Notes: a model not told the origin generated them from the sequence alone. A stretch of 64,000 bases of DNA from Eledone cirrhosa (GCA_964016885.1 OZ024747.1:25978001-26042000); one strand, 5' to 3'. Positions 12,841-26,428 are shown, numbered from the stretch's first letter. Program-made: numbers and translations.

Positions 12841-13350
12841 CTTACGCTTATCTACAAGTTTATTAACAAAGGTGCAAGTGCCTCTATACGTTTTTGAGCT
12901 GTGATGGTTTTGATAACACGTTTTACAGTTATTTGATTAACAGAACAACCTACCCGAGAAATTAACTTGCAAGTGGTTGAGCATACTAATTATATATTAC
13001 AAAACACGCAATATTCGTCACATGATCTTGTAGTTCAGCATTGGTAGAGCAGACCGATGAGCAGTGGTGTTCCTATTGTGTTAATTACGTATCTTTGTAT
13101 ATTAAGGTTTTCATTGTTCTTTCTTTTTTCTTTCTCTCTTGGTTGTCACATTGATATTGTAAAGGTATTCTGAGAATTTGAAATGAATGAAATATCCTGT
13201 AATTTATTTGACAATATAAATATGAATAAAAATAACATTTTAATAAAATAACTATAGGATCATCATTATGTGCTGGACATCCCTCGAAAAGGGTATATAT
13301 ATATATATTATAATATTAATAAATGGAAAATATCTTTATAAAACCATATT

Positions 13351-13411
13351 TATTTTATTATACGTATTTCAAGGGTACTAATATTTAAGTACGCTTTCGT
13401 CAGATAAAATA
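13351..13411 (-). ncRNA. Minimal type I hammerhead ribozyme in a PLE 3'-end fragment
   Basis: TATTTTAT-CTGACGA-helix II-GAAA-TACGTA-TA-ATAAAATA. Confidence 0.75.
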
Positions 13412-13509
13412 TAATAATTAGTGTTAAGATAGTGACATATCTTCATGTGAATTTAATAGACTTAATGAATTTAGTATATATATATACACACACAAACTTT
13501 AATATGTTA

Positions 13510-13551
<42 letters not shown>

Positions 13552-13555
<4 letters not shown>

Positions 13556-14452
13556 CCAAGAAGCTAGATTTACCATCGTTCTAGCGGGTCCGGGTAAGTT
13601 TTACATTCATTTAATTTATTAATTTATTGATATTTTATTTGAGTGACCCGAATCTTCCTGGTCGTTTATTTTCGGCTGCATGGGTGATTTTAGGCATGAC
13701 CTCTATGTGTTGGTATTTTAACGATAGTTATAGCTCTGACTTTTCCAAATTATTGAGCCCTCTGCCACATATATCGGATATTGTTTATCGTGATTTCGTG
13801 GGCTGAAATTCCGATTCTCGATTATTCTACTATATTTAGCTGTAGACCCTAGCTATTGACCAGTTAATTTTATTGATGATTTCTTTGTTGATCTTATTGA
13901 CTGATGAATAGCTCTTGTTTATTTTAACATGTCTGTTGAGCACTCTGATTCGATATGTGATAATTTGTATTGTTACATATTTTACACATCACCGAATTCT
14001 TTCGCTAATATAAGGGTTCCCTCCCTTGCTGAATACCATGTGCGTCATTCGGCTTCGGGGCCCTTCTATACTGTGGAACTAAAGACTTGTTGATAAAGCT
14101 TTCCTTGTTCCCCTCTTCTCTATGAGCCTTATATATCTTTTATTGGGCTGATGGTGTTCAGATTAAGGAATTGCAGAAACCCAAGAAGCTAGATTTACCA
14201 TCATTCTAGCGGGTCCGGGTAAGTTTTACATTCATTTAATTTATTAATTTATTGATATTTTATTTGAGTGACCCGAATCTTCCTGGTCGTTTATTTTCGG
14301 CTGCATGGGTGATTTTAGGCATGACCTCTATGTGTTGGTATTTTAACGATAGTTATAGCTCTGATTTTTCCAAATTATTGAGCCCTCTGCCACATATATC
14401 GGATATTGTTTATCGTGATTTCGTGGGCTGAAATTCCGATTCTCGATTATTC

Positions 14453-14460
<8 letters not shown>
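13552..14460. mobile_element. Non-coding element with ~284-bp direct terminal repeats (13552-13835 / 14177-14460) between (TA)n tracts; pLTR-like partial tandem
   Basis: Near-identical direct repeat with period 625 bp. Confidence 0.65.
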
Positions 14461-14539
<79 letters not shown>

Positions 14540-14541
<2 letters not shown>

Positions 14542-15645
14542 AATATCTTCAAGTCGTTTGGAAGCCTCGACAATGCAAATGGGTAAATCTCCGGGTAACA
14601 AGATCCGGTGGTGGAGAGAGAGATGTAAGTGGGTGTACGTTGAGATGCGTGGTGTGTATAAGACGTGTAGAGGAATGAAGGAAAGAGTATAAAGGATAAA
14701 ATAAAAATAACAACACGAGAGAGAGTTACCTTGGGAGAGATTTAATTGTCCCTATATATTTCGGATTCACATCCATCAACTGGGGTTTTTTTTCCGGGGT
14801 GGGGGAAAGGTTGTCTGTCGGAAAGGTGCGAAACGCATCCTCCGCTGTTTGTTGTTTTGAATATCTGAGGTATTCAGCAGAGCGCGCGTGCGCGTGAAAT
14901 GGGGTCGGTCGGGCAGAGGTCAGCGGCCGAATGAGGGAGTGGGGTGGCGCTAGCTGTCAGTCCATTCTCTGCCTGTTTGTTAAATGTTACTGTGTGTGTG
15001 CGTGTGTTGTTGTCTCGCTTGAGTGTGTGTGTGTGTGTGCGTGTGTTGTTGCCTTGTTCCTCTGTATTGGCAGTGTAGTATGTTCGTATGGTGGAATGCT
15101 ACTGTGTGTGCGTGTGCGTATGTAGTTGTCTCGTTTGTGTGTGTGTGTGCGTGTGTTGCTGCATCGTTTGTTAACTTAAACCATCCACCTCATTTCGCTT
15201 CTCTCGGATCGATTGTTTATTTGCGGTGCCAGGCGTTTGATAAAAAGCGCTTCCTTGATACGTAACGTGCCGACGTTTCTTTCAGTCGCTAGAATTGTGA
15301 CAATGGGCCTTCCGTCTTTGTTTCCGCATTTGTCTATGTGTTTCCGGAAAGACGAGGCCCTGGTTTTAGTGTGTTCCTTGATCCGGATGTGCAAAGGTCG
15401 GATTGTGCTACCTATGTAGTATTGGTTGCACCTGTCACATTCTATCTTATACACGACGTATGTGCGTAGGAAACAGTTCGCATGGCGTATCGGGCAGTCT
15501 CTGAGGGAGCACGCGTCAGTAGATTTCCCGGGTTTCCTGGAGAGGCATCTTCGCAGGGAGGGGCCCGAGTGGGCCAGGTGGATGTCGAGGCCCTCCCTCC
15601 GTATAGCCTTGCGGATAGCGTTGGTGGTATTCTCACCCATCATAT
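14540..15645 (-). mobile_element. 5'-truncated Penelope-like element (GIY-YIG end + 3' UTR) ending in (TA)n
   Basis: ORF 15176-15643: VVYKIECDRCNQYYIGSTIRPLHIRIKEH...EALFI...IN. Confidence 0.85.
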
Positions 15646-15659
15646 CTTCAGAGACTGAG

Positions 15660-15855
15660 AAAAAATATAAATATATGCGTAACCGGCAAATTTACAAATT
15701 CAAATTTGAGGGAGATTCAGTGAGACACTGGTTGACTAGACTTAAACAACATGAATTAAAGTATTTTGCTCAAGTACACATCGTACCAGCCGGTTCAGGA
15801 TTCGAAACTTCGACCTCACTATCACGAAATCAACATCCTAACCACTAAGCCACAA
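15660..15855 (-). mobile_element. Degenerate tRNA-derived SINE (family SINE-T)
   Basis: Reverse strand has A-box TGGCTTAGTGG and B-box-like TTCGAATCC, followed by GTACTTGAGCAAAATAC. Confidence 0.6.
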
Positions 15856-16504
15856 CTATGAAATATATGGTTTCTTATATAGGCACAAAGCCAGCGATTT
15901 TGGGGGAGGGGGAAAGTTGATTAAATCGACTCCAGTGCGTGACTGGTATTTTATTTTATCGACCCCGTAAGGATAAAAAGCAGTTAACCTCGGCGGGATT
16001 TGTACTCATACCGAAAAGGGCCGTAACTCTATGATGCAAAGCATTGCGTCTGACCCTCTACTGATACTGCCAATCCACCACACTTTAAATAATGATTTCT
16101 AGTATAGGCACAAGGCCAGTAATTTTACCGTAAAGGGCTGCAACTCTATGCTGCAAAGCATGGTGTTCGACTCTCTACCGATACTGCCAATCCACTGCCC
16201 TACAGCTATGAAATATATAAATAACACTTCGCTGAAATAAACGCAAGATAATAATGATATATCACAGTATAATAATAATTTGTGATAAGCAACTTGAATA
16301 GAAACAAAACTTTGAGAATCCTATACAAACACTTATGTTTAGCCTCACAGTTATTCATTGTTTTATTTAGACGAAAGACAAATGTGGAAATTAATGATGG
16401 AGAGAATATATTGTAAGAAACCCTACCAATATGTGTAATAACTACTTTCACCACTTATTTAATATAGGTCATGTATGTATGGCTCTCTGTATGTATGTAT
16501 GTGT

Positions 16505-16862
16505 ATATGTTTTCTCTTTCTCTTAATTTCGAGTATATTTTTTTGACCGGCCACCTTCCTGGTGGCAAGGTTGTAAAGGAAAAGAAATTGTCATCCCTTG
16601 AATCGCAAGAATGTTTTGCAAATTTTGAAGGTGCCAGCTATCGCAGCCATTTGTAGACTATGAATTAGGGAGCTGCGCTTTTTGTCCGCAAATCCAAGTT
16701 CAGTCATACTTTGGTCCAAGCGGGTTGGTATATAACCCGTAGCACCAATAATGATGGGTATGAAGCTAAAGGTGTATCTTGGATACTGGATTTGTAAACT
16801 CCTCATCAATGGTCCGTAGATGTCCTCCTTCTCCTGTATTTTTCTGACAACGTTTACATCAT
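16505..16862 (-). mobile_element. 3' fragment of R4-like REL LINE (family R4-c) in (TATG)n; bare 3' tips also at ~52956-53010 and ~53133-53200
   Basis: EKEDIY..FIPIIIGATG..KICKTFLRF plus 3' UTR GGTGGCCGGTCAAAAAAATATACTCGAAATTAAGAGAAAG. Confidence 0.8.
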
Positions 16863-17103
16863 ATGTATGTATGTGTGTATGTATATGTATGTTTGTATGT
16901 GGGCATGTATGTGTATATGTAAGCATCTATGTATGTGTATATGTACGTATGTGTGTAAGTATGTCTTGTATGTATGTGTGTATTCATCTATTTTTATCTA
17001 TATACGTTTTATATAAATATAAAAAACATATATTACATATATGTATATTATATATATATATGTGTACACACACGCATATATATATATCTACACATATACA
17101 TAC

Positions 17104-17198
<95 letters not shown>

Positions 17199-17919
17199 AG
17201 AAAATGAGAGGTTTTTTTTAAATGAAAAAAAAAACGAGATGTCCTACACGAGTGAAAATAAAAGGAAAAAAGAGGAAATCGAAAATGCAGCTGGAGTCTT
17301 TTTAAGAATATTTATTTGTTTCCTTTACCGACCCTAGTAGGTTATTGGCGTTTTATTTTATCGACCCCGTAAGGATGAAAGGCAAAGGTAATCTCGGCGG
17401 GATTTGAACTCAGACCGTAAAGGACCATAACTCTATGTTCTAAAGCATGGTGTCTGACGCACCACCGATACTGCCAATCCACTGCTTTGTATTTATAATT
17501 CTTTCTACTTTTGGCACAAGGCCAGCAATTACCCAGTGCATTACTGGTAATTTATTTTATCGACCCCGTAAGGATGAGAGGCAAAGTTGACTTCGGTGGG
17601 ATTTGAACTCAGAATGGAAAGGGCCGTAACTCTATGCGTCAAAGCATGATACCGCATAATAATTACACTTAGATTTATACCTTTTGCGTTGCCTTTTGTT
17701 ATCGTATTTTCTGATATCCTATTTATATTTTTCATCATGGATTTATTTTGCTTATTTCTTGATACATTGGATATTATCTTTATTCCTATTCTAGTTTTTA
17801 GCTTATGGAGTAGGAACTAGACTACTTGTATTGTATATATTTAGGGTAGTTATTGATAGTGAGTACATATATATATATATATATATACATATGTGTGTGT
17901 GTGTGTATACATATATATG

Positions 17920-17954
<35 letters not shown>

Positions 17955-18218
17955 TGGAAAATGTGTGAAATCCTTGGTACATATTTAAAAAGAGGAAAAG
18001 AATAACTTCACTTGTAGTTCTAAACAATTTAATTTAATTTTATAATATAATTTTACTATATGGTTTTGTCAAATTGAAAAATTATAATATAAATTTAAAT
18101 TAAATTGCTTAGGACTACAAGTAAAGTCATTCTTTCCCCCTTTTTTTAAATATATATAAATAAATATATATATATATGTATATATATGTATATATATGTA
18201 TATATATGTATGTATATA

Positions 18219-18290
<72 letters not shown>

Positions 18291-18373
18291 ACGAAGGAAG
18301 TGTGGTAAGGAACCAGATGGACCATAACGCACCAGAAAACATTTTCATATATATCTATCTATCTCTCTCTCTC

Positions 18374-18441
<68 letters not shown>

Positions 18442-18754
18442 TGTGTGTGCATACACATACACACGTTTGCTTATAGATCATCAGGAGCAGACATTTATCT
18501 TGAAACAATGTTTTCATATTTATAGGCTAATTGGCAAACACAGACAACCTCACGAGAAGAGGCCAATTAGAACATTTAAGTAATTAAAACAGTCATTAAA
18601 TAATTGTGTATTTTGTATAAACGCATCAAAATCGAACACGCTGATTTACTTCTTAATCTACGCCTACGTATATTTATTTATTTATTTATTTATTTATTTA
18701 TTCATAATACCAACAGCGGTCAATGATGTTATCTTTAGACACCCACCCAATCTT

Positions 18755-19106
18755 GCTACCACCACCACCACCAACCAAAACCACCACCAGCATCACCACC
18801 ACCACCACCAACACCACCATAACCACCGCGACGACGACCACCACCACCACCGCCACCACAACCAATACCAGCAACATCACCACCATCATCACCACCACCT
18901 CCACCTCCAGCACCACCAAAAACACCACCACGATCATCAGCAGCACCACAACCACCACCACGACCACCACCACCACCACCACAACCACCACCACCACCAA
19001 CACCACCACGACCACCACGACCACCTCGACCACCACGACCATCACCAACACCACCACCACAACTACCACCACCACCACCACCACCACCACCACCACCACC
19101 ACCACA
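18755..19106. repeat. (ACC)n-type trinucleotide array
   Basis: Direct reading. Confidence 0.9.
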
Positions 19107-19310
19107 AATATGTCTAAAACTGCTATCAACTCTATCTTAATCATTGCACAATCACAAAACAACAAATCGATAGTCAACTCTAACACCACCATAAGCGTAT
19201 CATCGATAAATGGAAAGACCAACAGCAACAACATTAACAAGAACAAACAGTGAAAATGAATTAAGCACTATTTAGTATCTCGCCATTTTATATCTGTGTA
19301 CATATCTACG

Positions 19311-19314
<4 letters not shown>

Positions 19315-19371
<57 letters not shown>

Positions 19372-19444
19372 GCACACACACACACACACGCGCACGCACA
19401 CACACACACACACACACGCGCACACACACACACACACACACACG

Positions 19445-19499
<55 letters not shown>

Positions 19500-19533
19500 G
19501 TAAATATACATATATTTATATATACATGCATAT

Positions 19534-19632
<99 letters not shown>

Positions 19633-19686
19633 CGTGTGTGCGTGTGTGTGCGTGTGTGTGTGTGCGTGCGTGCGTGTGCGTGTGTG

Positions 19687-19729
<43 letters not shown>

Positions 19730-19782
19730 GTGTGTGTGTGTGTGTGTGGGTGTGTGTGCGTGTGTGTGTGTGTGTGTGGGTG

Positions 19783-19831
<49 letters not shown>

Positions 19832-19862
19832 GTGCGTGTGTGTGTATGTGTGTGTGTGCGTG

Positions 19863-19900
<38 letters not shown>

Positions 19901-19925
19901 CGTGTGTGTGTGTGTGTGTGTGTGC
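19315..19925. repeat. Compound (CA)n-(TA)n-(TG)n microsatellite, self-complementary
   Basis: Direct reading. Confidence 0.9.
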
Positions 19926-20154
19926 ATATGTATAGAATTCCCACCATTCTGGCATCAGATGAATGGCAAGAGATTCCAGGAAACGCAATATCCGGGTATC
20001 TGTCACTTAAATATCTAAAAATAATCTTATACAAGTAAATACACATACAAACACCATGATGTATATTAAATATATATATATATATGTATATATATAGGTA
20101 TGTATATATATATGTATATATATAGGTATGTGTATATATATGTATATATATAGG

Positions 20155-20213
<59 letters not shown>

Positions 20214-20324
20214 AAAAAGACAGAGAGGGAGAGAGACAGTGATACTTATACATATACATATAAAGCGTACTATATCGAAAGACGCTAACTGATACACATA
20301 CAAACGCATACATATATATATATA

Positions 20325-20369
<45 letters not shown>

Positions 20370-20374
20370 TGAGG

Positions 20375-20436
<62 letters not shown>

Positions 20437-20438
<2 letters not shown>

Positions 20439-20705
20439 AAGAAAAAGAGATGAAATCGCAAATGCAACTGGAGTCTTATTTTTTTTTTTAAATATATATA
20501 TCTATTTGGTTCCTTTACCGGTTTCGCAGTTCTTCTGCTTTTCAAAAGCAGAAGAACTGCGAAACCGGTAAAGGAACCAAATAAATATATATATTTAAAA
20601 AAAAAATAAGACTCCAGTTGCATTTTCGATTTCATCTCTTTTTCTTTATACTTTCACTCGTGTAGGACACCTCGGTTATTTTTCCTTTTGTAAAAAAAAC
20701 CTCAC

Positions 20706-20712
<7 letters not shown>
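20437..20712. mobile_element. Fold-back element between (TA)n tracts (centre ~20542); single-arm copy at ~17198-17330
   Basis: ~105-bp inverted arms, longer right arm, GAAACCGGTA half-hammerhead next to the centre. Confidence 0.8.
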
Positions 20713-20748
<36 letters not shown>

Positions 20749-20878
20749 CAAAAGTTTAACAAGGTTCATTGGTTAATCACTGAATAAAGTTTTACAATAG
20801 ATTAGAAGCACTCAACAGAGAGGGTTTCTGGAGTTATTAATATTACTTCAAAATATTAATAATTCATGTGAGCAAAGA

Positions 20879-20944
20879 TATTTTATTATACATATTTCAG
20901 AGGTACTGAGCTATTTCATCAGTACGTCCTCATCAGATAAAATA
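20879..20944 (-). ncRNA. Minimal hammerhead ribozyme
   Basis: Reverse complement of 21204-21269. Confidence 0.75.
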
Positions 20945-21203
20945 GATTGATGTCTGACATACCTCAACTGTGCTGATGGTTCAATTCCAGTCTTGGCAGG
21001 GATTAGTTATGACAAAACTCAATATTTATATACCATAAGTTGTAACATGAAGAACTAAATATAATAAAGAGGGTACGTATTTATTATATTTAGTTCTTCA
21101 TGTTACAACTTATGGTATATAAATATTGAGTTTTGTCATAACTAAACCCTGCCAAGACTGGAATTGAACCATCAGCACAGTTGAGGTATGTCAGACATCA
21201 ATC

Positions 21204-21269
21204 TATTTTATCTGATGAGGACGTACTGATGAAATAGCTCAGTACCTCTGAAATATGTATAATAAAATA
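21204..21269 (+). ncRNA. Minimal hammerhead ribozyme
   Basis: TATTTTAT-CTGATGA-GGACGTACTGA..TCAGTACCTCT-GAAA-TATGTA-TA-ATAAAATA. Confidence 0.78.
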
Positions 21270-21437
21270 TCTTTGATCACATGAATGTCTATATTTATTA
21301 ATATTTTGAAGTAATATATATATATATATATATATACACAAACACACACTCTGCTTAGTACAACCCCAAAGTACATTCTGGAAACTACGGACCGAGTGCT
21401 CAATTTGGTGAACCAACAGTAACTTGACGTTACAATC

Positions 21438-21546
<109 letters not shown>

Positions 21547-21595
21547 AATATATATATATAATATAAGATCACAAGATGGTTAAAGGAGTTCCATG

Positions 21596-21666
21596 TATTT
21601 TATTATACGCATTTCAAAAACAAACATCATCATGCAATAATATTTGTGTTTTCATCAGATAAAACA
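21596..21666 (-). ncRNA. Minimal hammerhead ribozyme
   Basis: CTGATGA..GAAA-TGCGTA-TA with 8-bp helix I. Confidence 0.75.
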
Positions 21667-21775
21667 GGAGAACATGATATGAAGGCTAAAAAACACTTGT
21701 GGATAGTGCAGTTTTAAATCAACATATCAACTGCACTATCCACAAGTGTTTTTTAGCCTTCATATCATGTTCTCC

Positions 21776-21846
21776 TGTTTTATCTGATGAAAACACAAAT
21801 ATTATTGCATGATGATGTTTGTTTTTGAAATGCGCATAATAAAATA
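21776..21846 (+). ncRNA. Minimal hammerhead ribozyme
   Basis: TGTTTTAT-CTGATGA-long helix II-GAAA-TGCGCA-TA-ATAAAATA. Confidence 0.8.
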
Positions 21847-21967
21847 CATGGAACTCCTTTAACCATCTTTTGATCTTATATTATGCATACTCCAGTCCTA
21901 CAAATTGTAGAGTGCTTCTTATCCGATATCTGCATTGCTTTATTGTACTACAATAAAACTCACCTCC

Positions 21968-22058
<91 letters not shown>

Positions 22059-22061
<3 letters not shown>

Positions 22062-22268
22062 ACGGAGGAAATGTGGTAAGGAACCAGTTGGACCATAACG
22101 CACCAAAGTACTCAATACTTAGGGTAGTAGAGTGGGTAATAGGAACGGGTAGGACCCCGACGGCTGAGCTCAAGCCCTTTCGACGGCTAATTCTGGACTA
22201 AAAATCTTTTTTAGTCCAGAATTAGCCGTCAAAACGGCTTGAGCTCAGCCGTCGGGGTCCTACCCGTT

Positions 22269-22272
<4 letters not shown>
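22059..22272. mobile_element. Fold-back element made of the 3' end of the PLE family at 48661-52072; related pieces at 18290-18335, 26477-26665, 41067-41203
   Basis: Right arm matches 52011-52072; centre ~22206. Confidence 0.88.
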
Positions 22273-22311
<39 letters not shown>

Positions 22312-22624
22312 ATACTTGGGGAGGGTCATATTTGTGTAATATTGCCAGAATTAATAACAGAACACACTTACAATATTTGTTTCGACACGATTTCATATCA
22401 AAAACCTCGCAAAACTATATATATATATATATATATACGGGGTAACAAATAATAGTTAAATGCAGTCCACTTAGGTATAGTCCAGTTATGGTATTCCAGG
22501 TAGTGAAAATAAACGAATAGCAATCTCTAGACCTACCAGTTCAGAGAAACAATTGTCAGCTATGAGATTAAAAACCTTTTTTGTATAGCAAACCATGTCA
22601 ACCTTCTTTCCTGATTTATATATA

Positions 22625-22903
<279 letters not shown>

Positions 22904-22933
22904 TTAGAAAGTGAACAACACAATGTATAACTA

Positions 22934-23001
22934 CTCCATTACCAAAGGTTTCACGAGCCTAGTCAATATTAACATAAGTCTAGTTCGCTCATCAGATAGA
23001 G
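22934..23001 (-). ncRNA. Hammerhead ribozyme in a (TA)n-flanked fragment
   Basis: CTCTAT-CTGATGA-GCGAACTAG..CTAGGCTCGT-GAAA-CCTTTGG-TA-ATGGAG. Confidence 0.75.
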
Positions 23002-23025
23002 AGGTTATGAATATATGGAAATACG

Positions 23026-23079
<54 letters not shown>

Positions 23080-23083
<4 letters not shown>

Positions 23084-23305
23084 AATTTGAAGACTAAAAT
23101 CCAAAGAGGGCTCGATAAGGATAAATATATATCAAATATATAAGAACCGTAGAGCAAATATTTATTAAAATAACAGATTAAAGTTTAAGCAAAGAATCGC
23201 TGCTTTCACCCTTAACGGGATCTTCTGAAACTGGTTTCAGAAGATCCCGTTAAGGGTGAAAGCAGCGATTCTTTGCTTAAACTTTAATCTGTTATTTTAT
23301 TAAAT
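23080..23305. mobile_element. Fold-back element, family C (also 25700-26432 and 34987-35352)
   Basis: Same terminal sequence folded back at three different depths, each (TA)n-flanked. Confidence 0.85.
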
Positions 23306-23327
23306 ATATATATATATATATATATAT

Positions 23328-23585
23328 AAACAATGAGTGATATGATTTGTTGATTATCATTCAACGAAGTTAATTTTATAACAGATTTAAAGCACTCTAC
23401 AGTATTTATCTGGAGTATTATCAATATTAACAATATTAATCAATGGAAAATATCTTTATAATACCATATTTATTTTATTATACGTAATAATCACACTAAA
23501 ATTTGGTGTCCTTGAAATACGTATAATAAAATAAATATGGTATTATAAAGATATTTCCCATTTATGAATATTGTCAATATTATAT
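23328..23585. mobile_element. Fold-back element related to the 13310-13470 and 31875-32130 fragments
   Basis: Inverted arms around ~23500 with GAAATACGTATA half-hammerhead. Confidence 0.75.
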
Positions 23586-23639
23586 ATATATATATATAAT
23601 ATATTATATGTATATATATATATATATTTTAATATTTTA

Positions 23640-23687
<48 letters not shown>

Positions 23688-23887
23688 GGAGATAGATAGA
23701 TAGATAGAGAGAGTGAGAGAGAGAGTGGGAAACATACAAATACATATGTATACAGTGACGTATAAGTGTATGTTGTGTGAGTACACTGATAAACATACAC
23801 ATACATATAGCATGACGAAAAACACGCTTTATGGTAGTTATTTTTCTCTATGTATACTTCGCGCACTCTCTCTCTCTCTATATATAT

Positions 23888-23956
<69 letters not shown>

Positions 23957-23960
<4 letters not shown>

Positions 23961-24385
23961 GTAGAACACTGGAAGGTAATATCCGTAGTGGTAGAACACT
24001 CAGTCCATGGGACGAGTTAGGTAGAAGTGGTTACACAACAGTTAGTTCACCATACCGAGAACAATTGTTTCACCTTAGCGGATCCTCAACTCGTAATGGC
24101 CTACCACGACATTAATACAGAAGCCAAAGTACTTGCTGCCGCTCTTAAGGTCGATAAGAAGCTACAATCTCTAACTAAGAGGGAGGCGTTTCTCACTCTG
24201 AAAGATCACAAGGTACACTTTACTTCTAACCCCACCTGTAGACTAATAAACTCGGCATGCACAGATATGGGACTAGTCAGTATGGCCTTCTTCATCCTTT
24301 TTTAATTTAGGTCCATTACGAGCTGAGCATCCGCTAAGGTGAAACAATTGTTCTCGGTATGGTGAACTAACTGTTGTGTAACCAC

Positions 24386-24390
<5 letters not shown>
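23957..24390. mobile_element. Miniature inverted-repeat PLE derivative with an internal RT fragment
   Basis: ~75-bp inverted arms with variant hammerheads (24056-24093 -, 24319-24356 +); the spacer encodes AFLTLKDHK..CRLINS, homologous to YFTLKDHK..IRLINP of the 48661 ORF. Confidence 0.85.
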
Positions 24391-24439
<49 letters not shown>

Positions 24440-24441
<2 letters not shown>

Positions 24442-24700
24442 CGTTTCTGAATTTGTTTAGCAAGATTCTTTATCTGAAATCGTGTGTTGAAACCGATATT
24501 GTTATACTTTGGGAGGGTCATGTTGCCAATTTGTAAATTTATAAATATATAATAAATTGAAGTGAAAGCAACTGGTGCGTGTGTTTCTTATTGGCAACAT
24601 AACCCTCCCAAAGTATAACAAAGCGAAAACCAACCAAACAGTGAGTGTGTTCTGTTATTAATTCTGGCAATATTACGCAAATATGACCCTCCCCAAGTAT

Positions 24701-24705
<5 letters not shown>
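24440..24705. mobile_element. Rearranged/fold-back 3' end of the PLE family at 47130-48662; related pieces at 22307-22415 and 40471-41030
   Basis: TTGTTATACTTTGGGAGGGTCATGTTGCCAAT shared with 47131-47165. Confidence 0.8.
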
Positions 24706-24771
<66 letters not shown>

Positions 24772-24777
<6 letters not shown>

Positions 24778-25390
24778 TAAGTTAAAGTGTACATCTACAT
24801 ATGTATACGGAAGTACTAGTATGCATATAAATACACACATGTATACATATGTACATGTACCGAGTTTTTCACTAGACACTTTACAGTGAGTGTCCAGCTA
24901 GTCTGTATGTAAACAAACAGACGAACCAGGTTTTAAAGTCATACGAGTTTTCAAGGAAACACACTTCCTCTATTCTCCAGAGAGCCAGACAGGAATATTG
25001 GACTAGTTTCGATGTTATTACATCTCATCAGCAGAGAAGCCGGAAGATAGGTATATATTGCTGATGAGATGTAATAACATCGAAACTAGTCCAATATTCC
25101 TGTCTGGCTCTCTGGAGAATAGAGGAAGTGTGTTTCCTTGAAAACTCGTATGACTTTAAAACCCGGTTCGTCTGTTTGTTTACATACAGACTAGCTGGAC
25201 ACTCACTGTAAAGTGTCTAGTGAAAAACTCGGTACATGTACATATGTATACATGTGTCTATTTATATGCATACTAGTACTTCCGTATACATATGTAGATG
25301 TACACTTTAACTTAATTGTTTAAGCGTCAGTCATACAAAAGTGAGTTAGAAGCGAAACGAAATTTAATTTCGTTTCGTTATTTGTTTTTA
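24772..25390. mobile_element. Fold-back element with two hammerheads next to the centre
   Basis: ~260-bp near-perfect inverted arms, (TA)n flanks. Confidence 0.88.
25055..25097 (+). ncRNA. Minimal hammerhead ribozyme (mirror copy 24995-25033, -)
   Basis: ATATTG-CTGATGA-GATGTAATAACATC-GAAA-CTAG-TC-CAATAT. Confidence 0.82.
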
Positions 25391-25429
25391 TATATATATA
25401 TACACTTCTATATATATATATATATATAT

Positions 25430-25464
<35 letters not shown>

Positions 25465-25665
25465 GACGACACACAAAGAAGTTAGACGAACCTCGCAACT
25501 GTAATGTCACCAATATCATCAAACAAAATATCCCCATTATAAAAGTATATGTGTATAAATTATAAATGTATATATATCACACCATACTCATACACACACA
25601 AACATGGACAGGCCGTCATGGTTGTTTCTACTGGCTCACATTTCCGTATATATATATACATACAT

Positions 25666-25701
<36 letters not shown>

Positions 25702-26428
25702 TTATTAAAATAACAGATTAAAGTTTAAGCAAAGAATCACTGCTTTCACCCTTAACGGGATTTTCTGAAACTAACAAAGTCAATCTGTAAACGCAGAAGT
25801 GGATATTTAAAAAAACGTAGCAACCGGAGGAAGACAGGAAGACGATACTTTGTTTCGTGGAAACGTTCCCTGGCAAAGAACGGGAAAAAACGAATATAAT
25901 ACGTCATTAATAGGATCGGTGAAAAACAATTACACGCGAAGACAGAACAACGTTTATGGTATAAAAGAAGTCGTAGACTAATGTTTTCTTAGGTGGTTCA
26001 TAGTCGTAGACTAAAATTCTAACTAGGAAACCGAATGAATCTCCGCTTCAGAGTTAAGAATAAAGTAAATAAAATAGAATACAGAGGTAACAGAAATTAA
26101 ATAAATACATACACACATGCAAATACGTACATACACAAGCATACGCGAAAACGTTTTTTCCCATTCTTTGCCAGGGAACGTTTCCACGAACCAAGGTATC
26201 GTCTTCCTGTCTTCCTCCGGTTGCAACGTTTTTTGAAATATCCACTTCTGATTTACAGATTGACTTTGTTAGTTTCAGAAGATCCCGTTAAGGGTGAAAG
26301 CAGCGATTCTTTGCTTAAACTTTAATCTGTTATTTTAATAAATATTTGCTCTACGGTTCTTATATATTTGATATATATTTATCCTTATCGAGCCCTCTTT
26401 GGATTTTAGTCTTCAAATTTATTATTAT

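Larger units (their letters stand above)
20745..21316. mobile_element. Fold-back PLE-end element (centre ~21073) with two hammerheads
   Basis: ~230-bp inverted arms, (TA)n on both sides. Confidence 0.85.
21559..21970. mobile_element. Fold-back element made of the 3' end of the PLE family at 59308-61437
   Basis: Arms ~21559-21712 / 21729-21884 match 59308-59470; the right arm carries an extra tail. Confidence 0.88.

Noticed and set aside
14745-14790. Hammerhead at the 3' end of the 14540-15645 PLE
   Set aside because: Minus strand reads TTGATG-GATGTGAATCC-GAAA; core and helix I are too degenerate to call
18698-19253. Mucin-like Thr-rich ORF / poly-Val ORF
   Set aside because: (ACC)n array with no signal peptide, domain or convincing splice context
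20745-21316. Hairpins as long-read fold-back artefacts
   Set aside because: Arms differ by substitutions, recur as families with shared endpoints and match PLE termini; judged unlikely, but not excluded without raw reads
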